DNA of 64,000 bases, taken from positions 128,001 to 192,000 of the forward strand of contig OZ244852.1 of assembly GCA_965220965.1 (NCBI GenBank). The letters are read 5' to 3'. The notes beneath the pieces were generated by a model. It worked only from the letters and a program-made list of their open reading frames with translations, did not search any database and had not been told where the DNA came from. Source of the DNA: Candidatus Marinacidobacterium sp. (GTDB lineage Bacteria > Acidobacteriota > Vicinamibacteria > Marinacidobacterales > Marinacidobacteraceae). Shown here one piece after another: positions 39,725 through 49,912 of this stretch. Positions within the stretch are counted from its first letter, which is position 1. Each line of letters begins with the position of its first letter. The translations under genes and the position numbers were made by a program.

Positions 39725-42616
39725 TCAGCCCTGAGCGAGGGGCGTCGCAGACGGCGCGTCGGGACGCAGCGCGTCGGCCGCCGCCTCGACAGGGCTGTCT
39801 CCCTCGACATCGCAGCCGGTGCGCAGGATCTCGGGGGGAAGCGGCTCGAATCCGGTCAGCGAGCGGGTGATTTCCGACGGCCGGGGAGTGGGGCCTTCGG
39901 ATCCGGTGCGGGCCCGGAAGCGGAGCGTGAGGCGGTCGGGGGAGACGCCGAGGAGGGCGGCCTCCGCCCCGGCGGGGGCGAGATGGGGGTCTTCCACGAC
40001 CGCGCGCAGGTCGATTTCGACGGTGCGTTCGCCGGCCTTGGGGCGAGGCCCCCGGCGGCGAGGCGCCTTGACCTTGCGAACGATCCCGAGCGGCCACCCG
40101 GAGGCCTCTCCGAACGCGCGCAGCCGCTCGCGGGTCGACTCCGGCGCCTGGTCGGCGTTGAGCACCACCGCGTAGTCGAGCGCCCGGATCCAGCGGCTCA
40201 GCTTCGGCTCGCCCGGGGGCACCCGGTCCACGCGGTCGAAACGCAGGCCCTCTTCGCTCGCGCCCTGAAGGACGCGCAGCACATCGGTTTCCGGCCGCTC
40301 GCCGGTGAGCGCGAACTCGCAGTACTCCGCTGTCGACTGCACGCCGAGCGGCAGCGCCGGTCCGAACGAGATCCGCGGTCGCGGCGAGAACCCCTCGGTG
40401 AACCGGAGCGGCAGCCCCGCGCGCCGCAGCACCCGCGGCAGGATGCGGATGAGCTCGCCGTGGCCCCGAAGCGCCATCGGGCCGTACTTCGCAAAACGCG
40501 CGCGGTAGACGACCGGCTCCCCCTGCTCGATGTTCCGCGCCGGCGGCAGCGGGCGGGCGCTCCCTCCGCCGCCCGAAGGCGGCGCGGCGGCCCCGATCAC
40601 CGGGAGCAGCACGCCGTTGGCGGCGGCTTCTTCGCTGCGCGGCTCCTCGGCGCCCATCCGCTCGAGGAAGCCGATGCGCTCGTCCCGCATCCCGCCGAGG
40701 TCGCACGCCACGCCGCAGTGGTAGCAGACGAGTCGGCGCTCGTCCGCCCGGGCGTCGCGCAGGTTCGTGTGGTGGACCTGGAGCGACACCGGCTTGCCGC
40801 ACGGCGGGGAGGCCCGGTTCTTCAGCGCCCGGCGGTACTCGCGGAGCAGGAACCCGTCCTCCAGCCCGACATCCACGTGCTCCCACGGGAGCCGGCCATC
40901 CACCGGGATCGTCCCCAGCATCTCGCTGCGGGAGACTCCGGTCTCCGCCTCCCAGCGGTCGAGCGCCTCCCGCCAGACGTCCCAGCGAAGCTGCTCGTCC
41001 CAGCCGTCGAATCGCGCCCCGAGCCGCCATGCGGTCTCCACCAGCCGACCCGCCCGGATGTCCCCCCGGGCGAGGATGCCCTCGAGATGGCTTACCCGAG
41101 GGTCATGCGTGCGCAGCCGGAAGCCGTCCTCGCGGGCGCGCTCGCCGAGGAGTTCCTGCTTCCGCCGGATCTCCTCGAGCGGGTCCTGGGCGCACCACTG
41201 GAACGGGGTGTGGGGCTTGGGGACGTGGCTCGAGACCGAGACCGTGATCCGCACCCGCCGCTTCGCCTCCCGGTCCCCGATGCTGCGGGCCTGCCGGCCC
41301 ATGGCGGCGATCCCCAGGACATCTTCGTCCTCCTCGGTGGGAAGGCCGATCATGAAGTAGAGCTTGGCCCGGTCCCAGCCGCGCGAGAACACCCGCCGGC
41401 AGGTCTCGAAGATGTCCTCCTCGCTGACGTTCTTGTTCACGACATCCCGCATCCGCTGGGTGCCGGCCTCGGGGGCGAAGGTGAGCCCGGTGGCTTTGCC
41501 CCGCGCGATGTCGTCGAGGACTTCTTCCGGGAGCCCGTAAGCGCGCAGGCTGGAAACGCCCAGCGCGACCCGCCGCGGGACCAGTTCGTCCATGACCTGG
41601 TTGATCAGCGGAGCGACGCACGAGTAGTCGGCGGTCGACAGCGAGGTCAGCGAGGCCTCGTCGTAGCCGCCCTTCTCCACCGCCGAGACGACGGTGTTCA
41701 CGATCTCCTTCGGGTCGCGTTCGCGCACCGGCCGGTAGATCATCCCCGCCTGGCAGAACCGGCAGCCCTCGGTGCAGCCGCGGGCGATCTCGACCGCGGT
41801 GCGGTCGAAGATGGCCTCGGCCGCCGGAACCGGCGAGTCGTCGGGGAAGGGGAAGCGGTTCACATCGTCGAGGAAGGCGCGCTCGACGCGAAGCGGGACG
41901 CCGGGACGACGGGCCCGGGAAACGAAGGCGAAGCCGGACCGGGAGCAGACCTCGCGTTCGTAGAGCGCGGGACAGTAGAGGCCGCCGGGTTTCTGGAGCT
42001 CGAAGAGGAGCTCCTCGCGGTCGGTAATCCCCTCGCCGCGCAGCCGGGCGAGGTCGCGCATCAGTTCGGGGAGGCGCTCCTCGGCGTCGCCGATGAGGAA
42101 GGCGTCCACGAACGGGGCCATCGGCTCGGGCTGGGTGGCGACCGGGCCGCCGGCGACGATGATGGGGTGCTCGGGAGCGCGGTCGCGGCTGCGCACCGGG
42201 ATGCCGCCGAGGTCGAGCATCGTCAGGACGTTCGTGAAGGTCAGCTCGTACTGGAGCGAAAACCCCACGAGATCGAAGTCCGCGAGCGGGCGCCGGGTTT
42301 CCAGGCTGATCAGCGGAAGCTGACGCTCGCGGAGCTGCTCCTCCATGTCCGGCCAGGGGCAGAAGACCCGCTCGAGAGCGAGATCCGGCGCGTCGTTCAC
42401 GACCTTGTAGAGGATCTTCGTGCCGAGATGGCTCATCCCGATGTCATAGACATCCGGGAAACAGAAGGCCATCCGGCAGGCGATCCCGGCGTCCTCCGGT
42501 TTCGCGACCTGGAACCGCTCTCCCCCGGCGTATCGCGCCGGCCGGCTTACGAGGTGCAGGAAGTCCGCGTAGGGATGCCGGCTCTCGGCGACCGAATCGG
42601 AACTTGACGAGGACAT
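39725..42616 (-). CDS. TIGR03960-type B12-binding radical SAM protein fused to a TIGR03936/DUF2344 domain
   Basis: PARYAGGE, FPDVYDIGMSHLG, RGCTEGCRFCQAG, TFAPEAG, PKPHTPFQW; C-terminal F.K.G...H...RRAGLP..FTEGFSPRPRISFG. Confidence 0.92.
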   Translation of the reverse strand: MSSSSSDSVAESRHPYADFLHLVSRPARYAGGERFQVAKPEDAGIACRMAFCFPDVYDIGMSHLGTKILYKVVNDAPDLALERVFCPWPDMEEQLRERQLPLISLETRRPLADFDLVGFSLQYELTFTNVLTMLDLGGIPVRSRDRAPEHPIIVAGGPVATQPEPMAPFVDAFLIGDAEERLPELMRDLARLRGEGITDREELLFELQKPGGLYCPALYEREVCSRSGFAFVSRARRPGVPLRVERAFLDDVNRFPFPDDSPVPAAEAIFDRTAVEIARGCTEGCRFCQAGMIYRPVRERDPKEIVNTVVSAVEKGGYDEASLTSLSTADYSCVAPLINQVMDELVPRRVALGVSSLRAYGLPEEVLDDIARGKATGLTFAPEAGTQRMRDVVNKNVSEEDIFETCRRVFSRGWDRAKLYFMIGLPTEEDEDVLGIAAMGRQARSIGDREAKRRVRITVSVSSHVPKPHTPFQWCAQDPLEEIRRKQELLGERAREDGFRLRTHDPRVSHLEGILARGDIRAGRLVETAWRLGARFDGWDEQLRWDVWREALDRWEAETGVSRSEMLGTIPVDGRLPWEHVDVGLEDGFLLREYRRALKNRASPPCGKPVSLQVHHTNLRDARADERRLVCYHCGVACDLGGMRDERIGFLERMGAEEPRSEEAAANGVLLPVIGAAAPPSGGGGSARPLPPARNIEQGEPVVYRARFAKYGPMALRGHGELIRILPRVLRRAGLPLRFTEGFSPRPRISFGPALPLGVQSTAEYCEFALTGERPETDVLRVLQGASEEGLRFDRVDRVPPGEPKLSRWIRALDYAVVLNADQAPESTRERLRAFGEASGWPLGIVRKVKAPRRRGPRPKAGERTVEIDLRAVVEDPHLAPAGAEAALLGVSPDRLTLRFRARTGSEGPTPRPSEITRSLTGFEPLPPEILRTGCDVEGDSPVEAAADALRPDAPSATPLAQG

Positions 42617-42735
42617 CAGGGCGTCTGAGGGGAAGGATGAACCCGGAATATTAGGTCCGGATCGGGTTCCGGCCGCTGTCGTGGCGGCGTCCCCGATCGG
42701 GAAGCGCCGCCCCCTCCGCATGGGAGGACGAACCG

Positions 42736-43743
42736 TCAGCCGCCGGAGCGTTCCAGCAGGTAGCGGCCCACGACGGCGAGGCCCATCCCCACCAGGCCGG
42801 TCGTGGCCGGGACCAGCCACGCGATGAGCCGCTGCTTCCGGTCCCGCTGATCCTGCAGGACCGTTCCTACGGCTTCCATCGTTTCGAGGCGATTCGCGAT
42901 GTCGGTCACGCGGTCCCGCAGTTCCCTGACTTCCGCCCTGAGCTCCGCCATGCTGGCGTTGAGGCGCTTCTCCATCGCCTCGCGCTGCCCGCGGTTCTCT
43001 GCCCTGAGCTCCGCGAATCTGGCGTTGAGGCGCTTCTCCATGGCCTCGCGCTGCTCGCGGCCTTCCGCCCTGGTCTCGGCGATTCTGGCGTTGAGGCGCT
43101 TCTCCATGGCCTCCCGTTGGTCGTGGCCTTCCGCCTTGAGCTCCGCGTACTGCTTGCGGCCTTCCGCTTTGAGTTCCGCGTACTGCTTGCGGGTCTCCGC
43201 CCTGAGCTCCGCGATACTGGCGTTGAGGCGCTTCTCCATGGCCTCGCGTTGCTCGCGGCCTTCCGTCTTGAGCTCCCCGTTCTGCTTGCGGCTCTCCGCC
43301 TTGAGCTCCATGTACTGCTTGCGGCTTTCCGCCTTGAGTTCCGCGTACTGCTTGCGGCCTTCCGCCTTGAGTTCCGCGTACTGCTTGCGGGTCTCCGCCC
43401 TGAGCTCCGCGTACTGCTTGCGGCCTTCCGCCTTGAGTTCCGCGTACTGCTTGCGGGTCTCCGCCCTGAGCTCCGCGATGCTGGCGTTGAGGCGCTTTTC
43501 CATCTCGCGGTTCTCCGCCCTGAGCTCCGCGATGCTGGCGGTAAAGCGCTTCTCCATGGCCTCGCGCTCGCGTCGGGCCTCCTCGCGGTCCTGCCGGGCC
43601 TCCTCGCGCATCGCCTCCAGCATCCGGAACATCATCGCCATCTGGTCCTGTGGAACCGGGGGCGCGCCGGCCGTCACGCCGGCGTCCGGCGGGGCCGCAA
43701 GCGCAGGCGCCGAGGGCTTCGGTGGAGTCGGGGCGGAAGACAT
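42736..43743 (-). CDS. Tail-anchored coiled-coil repeat protein, long copy (335 aa)
   Basis: 33/66-bp internal repeats, C-terminal TM LIAWLVPATTGLVGMGLAVVG; start placed from promoter position. Confidence 0.85.
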   Translation of the reverse strand: MSSAPTPPKPSAPALAAPPDAGVTAGAPPVPQDQMAMMFRMLEAMREEARQDREEARREREAMEKRFTASIAELRAENREMEKRLNASIAELRAETRKQYAELKAEGRKQYAELRAETRKQYAELKAEGRKQYAELKAESRKQYMELKAESRKQNGELKTEGREQREAMEKRLNASIAELRAETRKQYAELKAEGRKQYAELKAEGHDQREAMEKRLNARIAETRAEGREQREAMEKRLNARFAELRAENRGQREAMEKRLNASMAELRAEVRELRDRVTDIANRLETMEAVGTVLQDQRDRKQRLIAWLVPATTGLVGMGLAVVGRYLLERSGG

Positions 43744-43776
43744 CGCGGGCTGGTGCGACGGAGATCGTCGAGATTC

Positions 43777-43805
43777 AGTGTAGGGCCGGGCGTGCGATGC
43801 GGCAA
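43777..43805 (-). promoter_or_regulatory. Sigma70 promoter, unit 1
   Basis: TTGCCG-N17-TACACT on minus strand, conserved in all three units. Confidence 0.75.
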
Positions 43806-44042
43806 CCGCCTCCGTTCGCTTCGCGGCAGGGCTCTGTGGATCGTTCATGCGGGTCCTCCGGAAGCTCGCCGAACCTCCGGGTGGGTTCACGGAGAGCTCC
43901 GCCTGGAACTGCACGACGCAGATTCGGCGGTAAACGGGTCATCCGGGCTGGACGGTCGAAAACTCGAACCTCTTCCCGACGCCCCAACCGGCGCCTCGCC
44001 GGCCCGACCAGGCCGCCCTTCCCGCGTCGCCGCGGGGAGTGG

Positions 44043-44738
44043 TCAGCCGCCGAAGCGTTCCAGCAGGTAGCGACCCACGACGGCGAGGCCCATCCCCACC
44101 AGGCCGGTCGTGGCCGGGACCAGCCAGGCGATGAGCCGCTGCTTCCGGTCCCGCTGCTCCTTCAGGACGGTTCCGACAGCGTCCATGGAGTCAATGCGCC
44201 TACCCATGTCGTTCACGCGCTCGCGCAGTTCCCTGACTTCCGCCCTGAGCTCCGCGATGCTGGCGTTGAGGCGCTTCTCCATGGCCTCGCTCTGCACGCG
44301 GTTCTCCGCCTTGAGCTCCGAGTACTGCTTGCGGTTCTCTGCCCTGGTCTCCGCGATGCTGGCGTTGAGGCGCTTCTCCATGGCCTCGCTCTGCACGCGG
44401 TTCTCCGCCTTGAGCTCCGAGTACTGCTTGCGGTTCTCTGCCCTGGTCTCCGCGATGCTGGCGTTGAGGCGCTTCTCCATGGCGCGGTTCTCCGCTCTGA
44501 GCTCCGCGATGCTGGCGTTGAGGCGCTTCTCGATGGCCTCGCGATCCCGTCGGGCCTCCTCCCGCTCGCGCCGGGCCTCCTCGCGGTCCCGCCGGGCCTC
44601 CTTGCGGATCGTCTCCAGCATCCGGAACATCATCGCCATCTGGTCCTGTGGAACCGGGGGCGCGGCGGTCGCCGTCACGCCGGCGTCCGGCGGGCCCGCA
44701 GGCGCCGAGGGCTTCGGCGGAGTCGGGTTGGGAGACAT
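44043..44738 (-). CDS. Tail-anchored coiled-coil repeat protein, medium copy (231 aa)
   Basis: Same head (PQDQMAMMFRMLE) and TM tail; 99-bp internal duplication. Confidence 0.85.
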   Translation of the reverse strand: MSPNPTPPKPSAPAGPPDAGVTATAAPPVPQDQMAMMFRMLETIRKEARRDREEARREREEARRDREAIEKRLNASIAELRAENRAMEKRLNASIAETRAENRKQYSELKAENRVQSEAMEKRLNASIAETRAENRKQYSELKAENRVQSEAMEKRLNASIAELRAEVRELRERVNDMGRRIDSMDAVGTVLKEQRDRKQRLIAWLVPATTGLVGMGLAVVGRYLLERFGG

Positions 44739-44771
44739 GGCGGGTTCGCCGACGCTGGATCGATGTCTTCC

Positions 44772-44800
44772 AGTGTAGGGCCGGGAGGACGATGCGGCAA
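44772..44800 (-). promoter_or_regulatory. Sigma70 promoter, unit 2
   Basis: TTGCCG-N17-TACACT. Confidence 0.75.
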
Positions 44801-45038
44801 CCGCCTCCGTTCGCTTCGCGGCAGGGCTCTGTGGATCGTTCATGCGGGTCCTCCGGAAGCTCGCCGAACCTCCGGTTGGGTTCTCGGAGAGCTCCCCGTG
44901 GAACTGCACGAACGCAGATTCGGCGGTAAACGGGTCATCCGGGCTGGACGGTCGAAAACTCGAACCTCTTCCCGACGCCCTAACCGGCGCCTCGCCGGCC
45001 CGACCAGGCCGCCCCTCCCGCGTCGCCGCGGGGAGTGG

Positions 45039-45500
45039 TCAGCCGCCGAAGCGTTCCAGCAGGTAGCGACCCACGAGGGCGAGGCCCATCCCCACCAGGC
45101 CGGTCGTGGCCGGGACCAGCCAGGCGATGAGCCGCTGCTTCCGGTCCCGCTGCTCCTTCAGGACGGTTCCGACCGCATCCATCGTCTTCAGACGGCTCGC
45201 GATGTCGTTCACGCGGTCCCGCAGCTCTCCGAGTTCACCCCGGGTCTCCCGGTTCTCCCCCCTGAGCTCCGCGATGCTGGCGGTGAGGCGCTTCTCCATG
45301 GCCTCGCGTTCGCGCCGGGCCTCCTCGCGGTCCCGCTGCGCTCCCTCGCGGTTCCGCCGGACCTCCTCGTGAATCATCTCCAGCATCCGGAACATCATCG
45401 CCATCTGGTCCTGTGGAACCGGGGGCGCGGCGGTCGCCGTTCCGCTTGCCTCCGAAGGCGCCACCGGCGAGGGCTGCGATGGAGTCGGGGTGGGGGACAT
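45039..45500 (-). CDS. Tail-anchored coiled-coil protein, short copy (153 aa)
   Basis: Same head and tail, single repeat module. Confidence 0.85.
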   Translation of the reverse strand: MSPTPTPSQPSPVAPSEASGTATAAPPVPQDQMAMMFRMLEMIHEEVRRNREGAQRDREEARREREAMEKRLTASIAELRGENRETRGELGELRDRVNDIASRLKTMDAVGTVLKEQRDRKQRLIAWLVPATTGLVGMGLALVGRYLLERFGG

Positions 45501-45533
45501 GGCGGGCTGGTGCGACGGAGATCGTCGGGATTC

Positions 45534-45562
45534 AGTGTAGGGCCGGGCGGGCGATGCGGCAA
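45534..45562 (-). promoter_or_regulatory. Sigma70 promoter, unit 3
   Basis: TTGCCG-N17-TACACT. Confidence 0.75.
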
Positions 45563-45837
45563 CCGCCTCCGTTCGCTTCGCGGCAGGGCTCTGTGGATCG
45601 TTCATGCGGGTCCTCCGGAAGCTCGCCGAACCTCCGGGTGGGTTCACGGAGAGCTCCGCCTGGAACTGCACTACGCAGATTCGGCGCTAAACGGGTCATC
45701 CCCACCGGACTGTCGAAAACCCGTGCGCCTGCCGACACCCCGGCTCGAGGCGCCGCTCCTTCCAGCGGTTGTTTCCGTCTCGAACGACAGCGCCGGTTCT
45801 CCCGGAGGCGGCCGTGCTACTTTCCCGCGCCGTCGCC

Positions 45838-47844
45838 ATGCCGCCGAAGACCGCGTCCGCAACTCACTCCTCACGCCGCGCGTTCGACCAGACGGATCAG
45901 GCCGCGATCGCCGCGATTCGCGGGCTCTCCATCGACGCTGTCGAGCGGGCGAACTCCGGTCACCCCGGCCTTCCGATGGGGGCCGCGCCGATGGCCTGGG
46001 TCCTGTGGAGTCGCCACCTCCGCTACGACCCGGAAGACCCCGGCTGGCCCGATCGGGACCGGTTCGTTCTGTCGGCGGGCCACGGCTCGATGCTGCTCTA
46101 CGCGCTGCTCCACGTGGCCGGCTTCGATCTGACGCTCGACGACCTTCGCGGTTTCCGGCAGTGGGGAGCGAAGACGCCGGGGCACCCGGAGAACTTCGTG
46201 ACCGCGGGCGTCGAGGCGACTACCGGACCCCTGGGGCAGGGGACCGGCAACTCGGTCGGGATGGCGATCGCCGAGCGCGCGCTGCGCGCCCGCTTCCCGG
46301 GGCTCGTGGACCACCGCACGTGGGCGCTCGTCTCGGACGGCGACCTCATGGAAGGGGTCGCCTGCGAGGCGGCGTCGCTCGCGGGGCAGCTCGGGCTCGG
46401 CCGCCTCACCTGGATCTACGACGCGAACGATGTGACCCTCGACGGCCCGGCGTCGCTTTCGTTCTCGGTGGAGGATGTGGCGGCGCGGCACGAAGCGCTC
46501 GGCTGGAGCGTCGAGACCGTCCCCAACGGGGACCACGATCTCGAGGCCATCGACGCCGCGCTCCAGCGCGCCAGGCGGGAGGAGGACCGACCCTCGCTCA
46601 TCGTCGTCAGGACGACGATCGGGTACGGGGCGCCCACGAAGGCCGGGACATCGGATGCCCACGGCGCCCCGCTCGGGGCCGCCGAGGCGCGGGCGGCGAA
46701 GGCGGCGTTCGGGCTGAACCCGGACGATGACTTCGCCGTGCCCGATGAGGTCCGGGCGCGCGGCGCGGAGCGGGCGCGCGAGGGCGCCGGGGAGCGCCGC
46801 CGCTGGCTGCTGGCCCGCGAGGGGGCTCCGACGGACGAGGTTGCCGAACTGGACCGGCGCCTCGCCGGGGATCTCCCTCCGGGCTGGTCCGATGCGCTGC
46901 CGCGTTTCGGCGCGGGAGACCGCCTCGCCACCCGCGAGGCCTCCGGCAAGGTCATGAACGCCATCGCCCCGGGAGTCCCCGAGTTCTTCGGCGGCGACGC
47001 CGATCTCTCGTGTTCCACCAAGACCGCCCTCAACGGCGGCGGGTCGCAATCGGCGACCGACGCCGGCGGCCGGAATCTCCACTACGGCGTTCGGGAGCAC
47101 GCGATGGGCGCGGCGGCCAACGGGATCGCTCTCCACGGCGGTTTCCGCACGTTCGCCTCGACCTTCTTCTGCTTCTCGGACTACATGCGGCCCTCGGTCC
47201 GGCTGGCCGCGCTCTCCGGGCTTCCGGTCGCCTACGTCTGGACGCACGACTCGGTGGGCGTCGGCGAGGACGGACCCACCCACCAGCCGGTGGAGCACCT
47301 CATGTCGCTTCGGGCGATGCCGAACCTCCACGTGGTCCGCCCCGCCGACGCGAACGAGACCGCCGAGGCCTGGCGTCATGCGCTCGAGCGGCGCGATGGC
47401 CCGACCGCGCTCGTGCTGAGCCGCCAGAAACTCCCGGTCGTGACGACCCCCGAACAGGCCCGGGGCCTCCACCGGGGCGGCTACGTGGTCCAGGATGCCG
47501 AGGGCCCCCGGGCGATCCTGCTTGCGACCGGCTCCGAGGTTCCGCTCGCCCTGCGGGCGGCGGCGGACCTGAAGCGGGACGGCGTTCCGGTGCGGGTCGT
47601 TTCGCTTCCCTGCTGGGAGCTGTTCGAGAGCCAGAGCGCCGGGTATCGCGCCGAAGTGCTGCCGGAGGGCGTCCCTCGGGTCGCGGTCGAGGCGGGGGTC
47701 ACGCTCGGCTGGGAGCGCTACGTCGGCGCCGGTCCGGTCATCGGGGTGGACCGCTTCGGCGCTTCCGCGCCGGGTCCGGAAGTCGCCGCCCGCCTTGGGC
47801 TTACGGCGGAAGCGGTGGCCGACGCCGTCCGCTCGGTTCTCTGA
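45838..47844 (+). CDS. tkt: Transketolase
   Basis: [59 protein letters not shown]. Confidence 0.97.
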   Translation: MPPKTASATHSSRRAFDQTDQAAIAAIRGLSIDAVERANSGHPGLPMGAAPMAWVLWSRHLRYDPEDPGWPDRDRFVLSAGHGSMLLYALLHVAGFDLTLDDLRGFRQWGAKTPGHPENFVTAGVEATTGPLGQGTGNSVGMAIAERALRARFPGLVDHRTWALVSDGDLMEGVACEAASLAGQLGLGRLTWIYDANDVTLDGPASLSFSVEDVAARHEALGWSVETVPNGDHDLEAIDAALQRARREEDRPSLIVVRTTIGYGAPTKAGTSDAHGAPLGAAEARAAKAAFGLNPDDDFAVPDEVRARGAERAREGAGERRRWLLAREGAPTDEVAELDRRLAGDLPPGWSDALPRFGAGDRLATREASGKVMNAIAPGVPEFFGGDADLSCSTKTALNGGGSQSATDAGGRNLHYGVREHAMGAAANGIALHGGFRTFASTFFCFSDYMRPSVRLAALSGLPVAYVWTHDSVGVGEDGPTHQPVEHLMSLRAMPNLHVVRPADANETAEAWRHALERRDGPTALVLSRQKLPVVTTPEQARGLHRGGYVVQDAEGPRAILLATGSEVPLALRAAADLKRDGVPVRVVSLPCWELFESQSAGYRAEVLPEGVPRVAVEAGVTLGWERYVGAGPVIGVDRFGASAPGPEVAARLGLTAEAVADAVRSVL

Positions 47845-47901
47845 CGCCGCCGCCGGGGCGCGCCATCCGGGTGGCATGAGCCTTGCGGTTCGAAACGTTT
47901 C

Positions 47902-48288
47902 ATGAGGAAGTTCCTGCTGGCGCCGGGGCTCGTCGTCCTGTTGATTTCTCTGGGCTCGGCGACCGCGGTCGGCGCGGACGGTCTGCAAGACCGCGCCTTC
48001 GCGGCGGGCGCCTCGGCGTCAGCCCGGGTATTCGAGACCGGGCGGGAGGCGCCGGCCGCGGCCGCCGAGCCCGACGGGTCCGGGATGTCCTGGCGGGGCG
48101 TGGTGATCACCTCGCTGGTGGCTTCAGTGGCGGCGGCGGCGGTGACCGCCTTCGTGCTGCGGGATCGCGCCGGATGTCGGGTGTGGTCGGGGCCCCGGTG
48201 GGACTGGGGTCCCGCGCGATGGGAGTCCGACATCCCGGCGCCGCGACCGGCGCCGACGCCGCTGCCCGAAGTCTGCGTAGCCCGATAG
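47902..48288 (+). CDS. Hypothetical membrane protein
   Basis: Signal-like N-terminus and one TM segment. Confidence 0.5.
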   Translation: MRKFLLAPGLVVLLISLGSATAVGADGLQDRAFAAGASASARVFETGREAPAAAAEPDGSGMSWRGVVITSLVASVAAAAVTAFVLRDRAGCRVWSGPRWDWGPARWESDIPAPRPAPTPLPEVCVAR

Positions 48289-48362
48289 TCCGCTCGCCAG
48301 TGATCCGTCGGAGCTCTCTCGCCCCCCGGCAACCCATCGCTCAGGATCTAGAATCGCCATCC

Positions 48363-48803
48363 ATGGGCGCCGCGCTCCTCCGCCGCACCCTGCCGGGGAT
48401 CCTCCTGGCGCTCTCCCTCGGCTGCTCTCCGAGCACCACCCCGGCTTACCCGACGCCCGATATCCAGGCGAACGCCGGGGATTTCTTCCCGCTGCGCGCC
48501 GGGGATCTGGCGCTCGTGGTGATTCCCGCGGACTTCCTCTACATCAGCATCCAGTCCATCGGACTCGACACCCGCTGCCCCCCGGACACCGAGTGCGCCG
48601 AGCCCGGATTCGTGATCGTGTCGCTCGAGCTCGAGGACTCCACCCGCCAGGGCGCGGCCCAGATGCTCATCCCTCCGAGCGGCGAGGCCGTCGCCACGTT
48701 CGGGGCCTTCGAGATCCGGAGCCTCCGCGTGGAGCCGCCCGGCAGCCGGGACCGCATCCTCCCCACCGACTACGGCATCGTGTTCCAGGTCGTCGCCCGC
48801 TGA
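48363..48803 (+). CDS. Hypothetical lipoprotein
   Basis: Lipobox SLGC, DTRCP.D..C...G motif; TAGAAT just upstream. Confidence 0.75.
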   Translation: MGAALLRRTLPGILLALSLGCSPSTTPAYPTPDIQANAGDFFPLRAGDLALVVIPADFLYISIQSIGLDTRCPPDTECAEPGFVIVSLELEDSTRQGAAQMLIPPSGEAVATFGAFEIRSLRVEPPGSRDRILPTDYGIVFQVVAR

Positions 48804-49912
48804 CCGGGCGGGATCCGGGCGCAGACGGCCCGTCGGCGGGCCTTCCCGAGGGCAAGGTCCCCCCCAAGGTCCTTTCCCGCCTGCTTCGCCGGCTGGAGGC
48901 CGATCCCGCCCTCCCGCTCGGCCCGGAGCCGGGAGAAGACGCTGCGGTGGTCCGCGTGGATGGCGCCGAGCGTCTGGTCCTGGCGTCCGACCCGATCACT
49001 TTCCCCACCGCGGACCCCGGCTGGCAGGCGGTCATCATCAACGCGAACGACGTGGCGGCGACCGGCGGAGAACCGCGCTGGTTCCTGTCGACGGTGATCG
49101 CGCCCCCCGGCGCCACCGAGGAGGATCTGGCGCATGTCGCCGAGGGGATCAGCCGGGGCTGCCGCGAAGTCGGCGCGACCCCGGTCGGCGGTCACACCGA
49201 GGTCTCCCCGGCGGTCGACCGGATCGTGGTGAGCGGCGTCATGGCGGGGCCGGCGACGCCGGAGCGGATCAAGCCCAGCGGCGGGGCCCGCGAGGGCGAC
49301 ATGCTGCTCGTGACCAAGGGCGTCGCCATCGAGGCGACCGCGGTCGTGGCCGAAGCGATGGCGGCCGAGGTCACCGCCGCCTTCGGCGAGGACTTTCGCC
49401 AGTCCTGTCTGGCCTTCGTTCGCGATCCGGGCATCTCCGTCGCGCCCGAAGCCCGCGTCGCGGCGGGGGTTTCTGAGGTTCACGCCATGCACGACGTGAC
49501 CGAGGGAGGCATCGCGACCGCGATCCGGGAGATGGCGGAGGCGGCGGGTCTGGGCGTCATCGTCGCCGAGACCGAAATCCCGCGGTTCCACGAGTCGAAA
49601 CGCCTTCTCGAGCACTTCGGGCTGGATCCGCTCGGCGCGATCGGCTCCGGCGCGCTTCTGATCGCCTGCGCGGAAGACGCCACCGGGGATCTGCTCGACC
49701 GGATCGCCGACGCCGGGGTCGCGGCCCACGTCATCGGACGCTTCGTCCGCGCGTCGGCGGGCCTGAAGCTCCTGCGCGGCGCCAACCGGCGCGATCTGCC
49801 CCGCTTCGCCGCCGACGAGATCACCCGCCTCGCCTCACTCTCCCCGCGCCTCGCGCCCGCCCTCGCGCGGGCGGAGGTCCGGGCCGGCTACACTCCGCGC
49901 CCGCCGGTTGCC
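48800..49912 (+). CDS. AIR-synthase-related (HypE/ThiL/PurM superfamily) protein; no stop codon before trkA
   Basis: GKVPP, GEDAAVV, SDPITF, NANDVA, GGHTEV, MHDVTEGG, SGALL, DEI; probable CTG start overlapping the upstream TGA. Confidence 0.85.

Noticed and set aside
42930-43570. 33-bp repeats as a CRISPR array
   Set aside because: Repeats are contiguous, in frame and coding, with no unique spacers and no cas genes
43744-43914. 57-aa N-terminal extension (MQFQAELS...) shown in the ORF track for the coiled-coil genes
   Set aside because: It spans a conserved sigma70 promoter, and differences between copies are largely non-synonymous
43650-46730. Long ORFs such as 43650-46730(+), 34196-37702(-), 732-3362(-), 39983-42607(+)
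   Set aside because: Shadow ORFs of high-GC genes: Arg/Pro/Gly-rich, antisense or off-frame to well-supported CDSs
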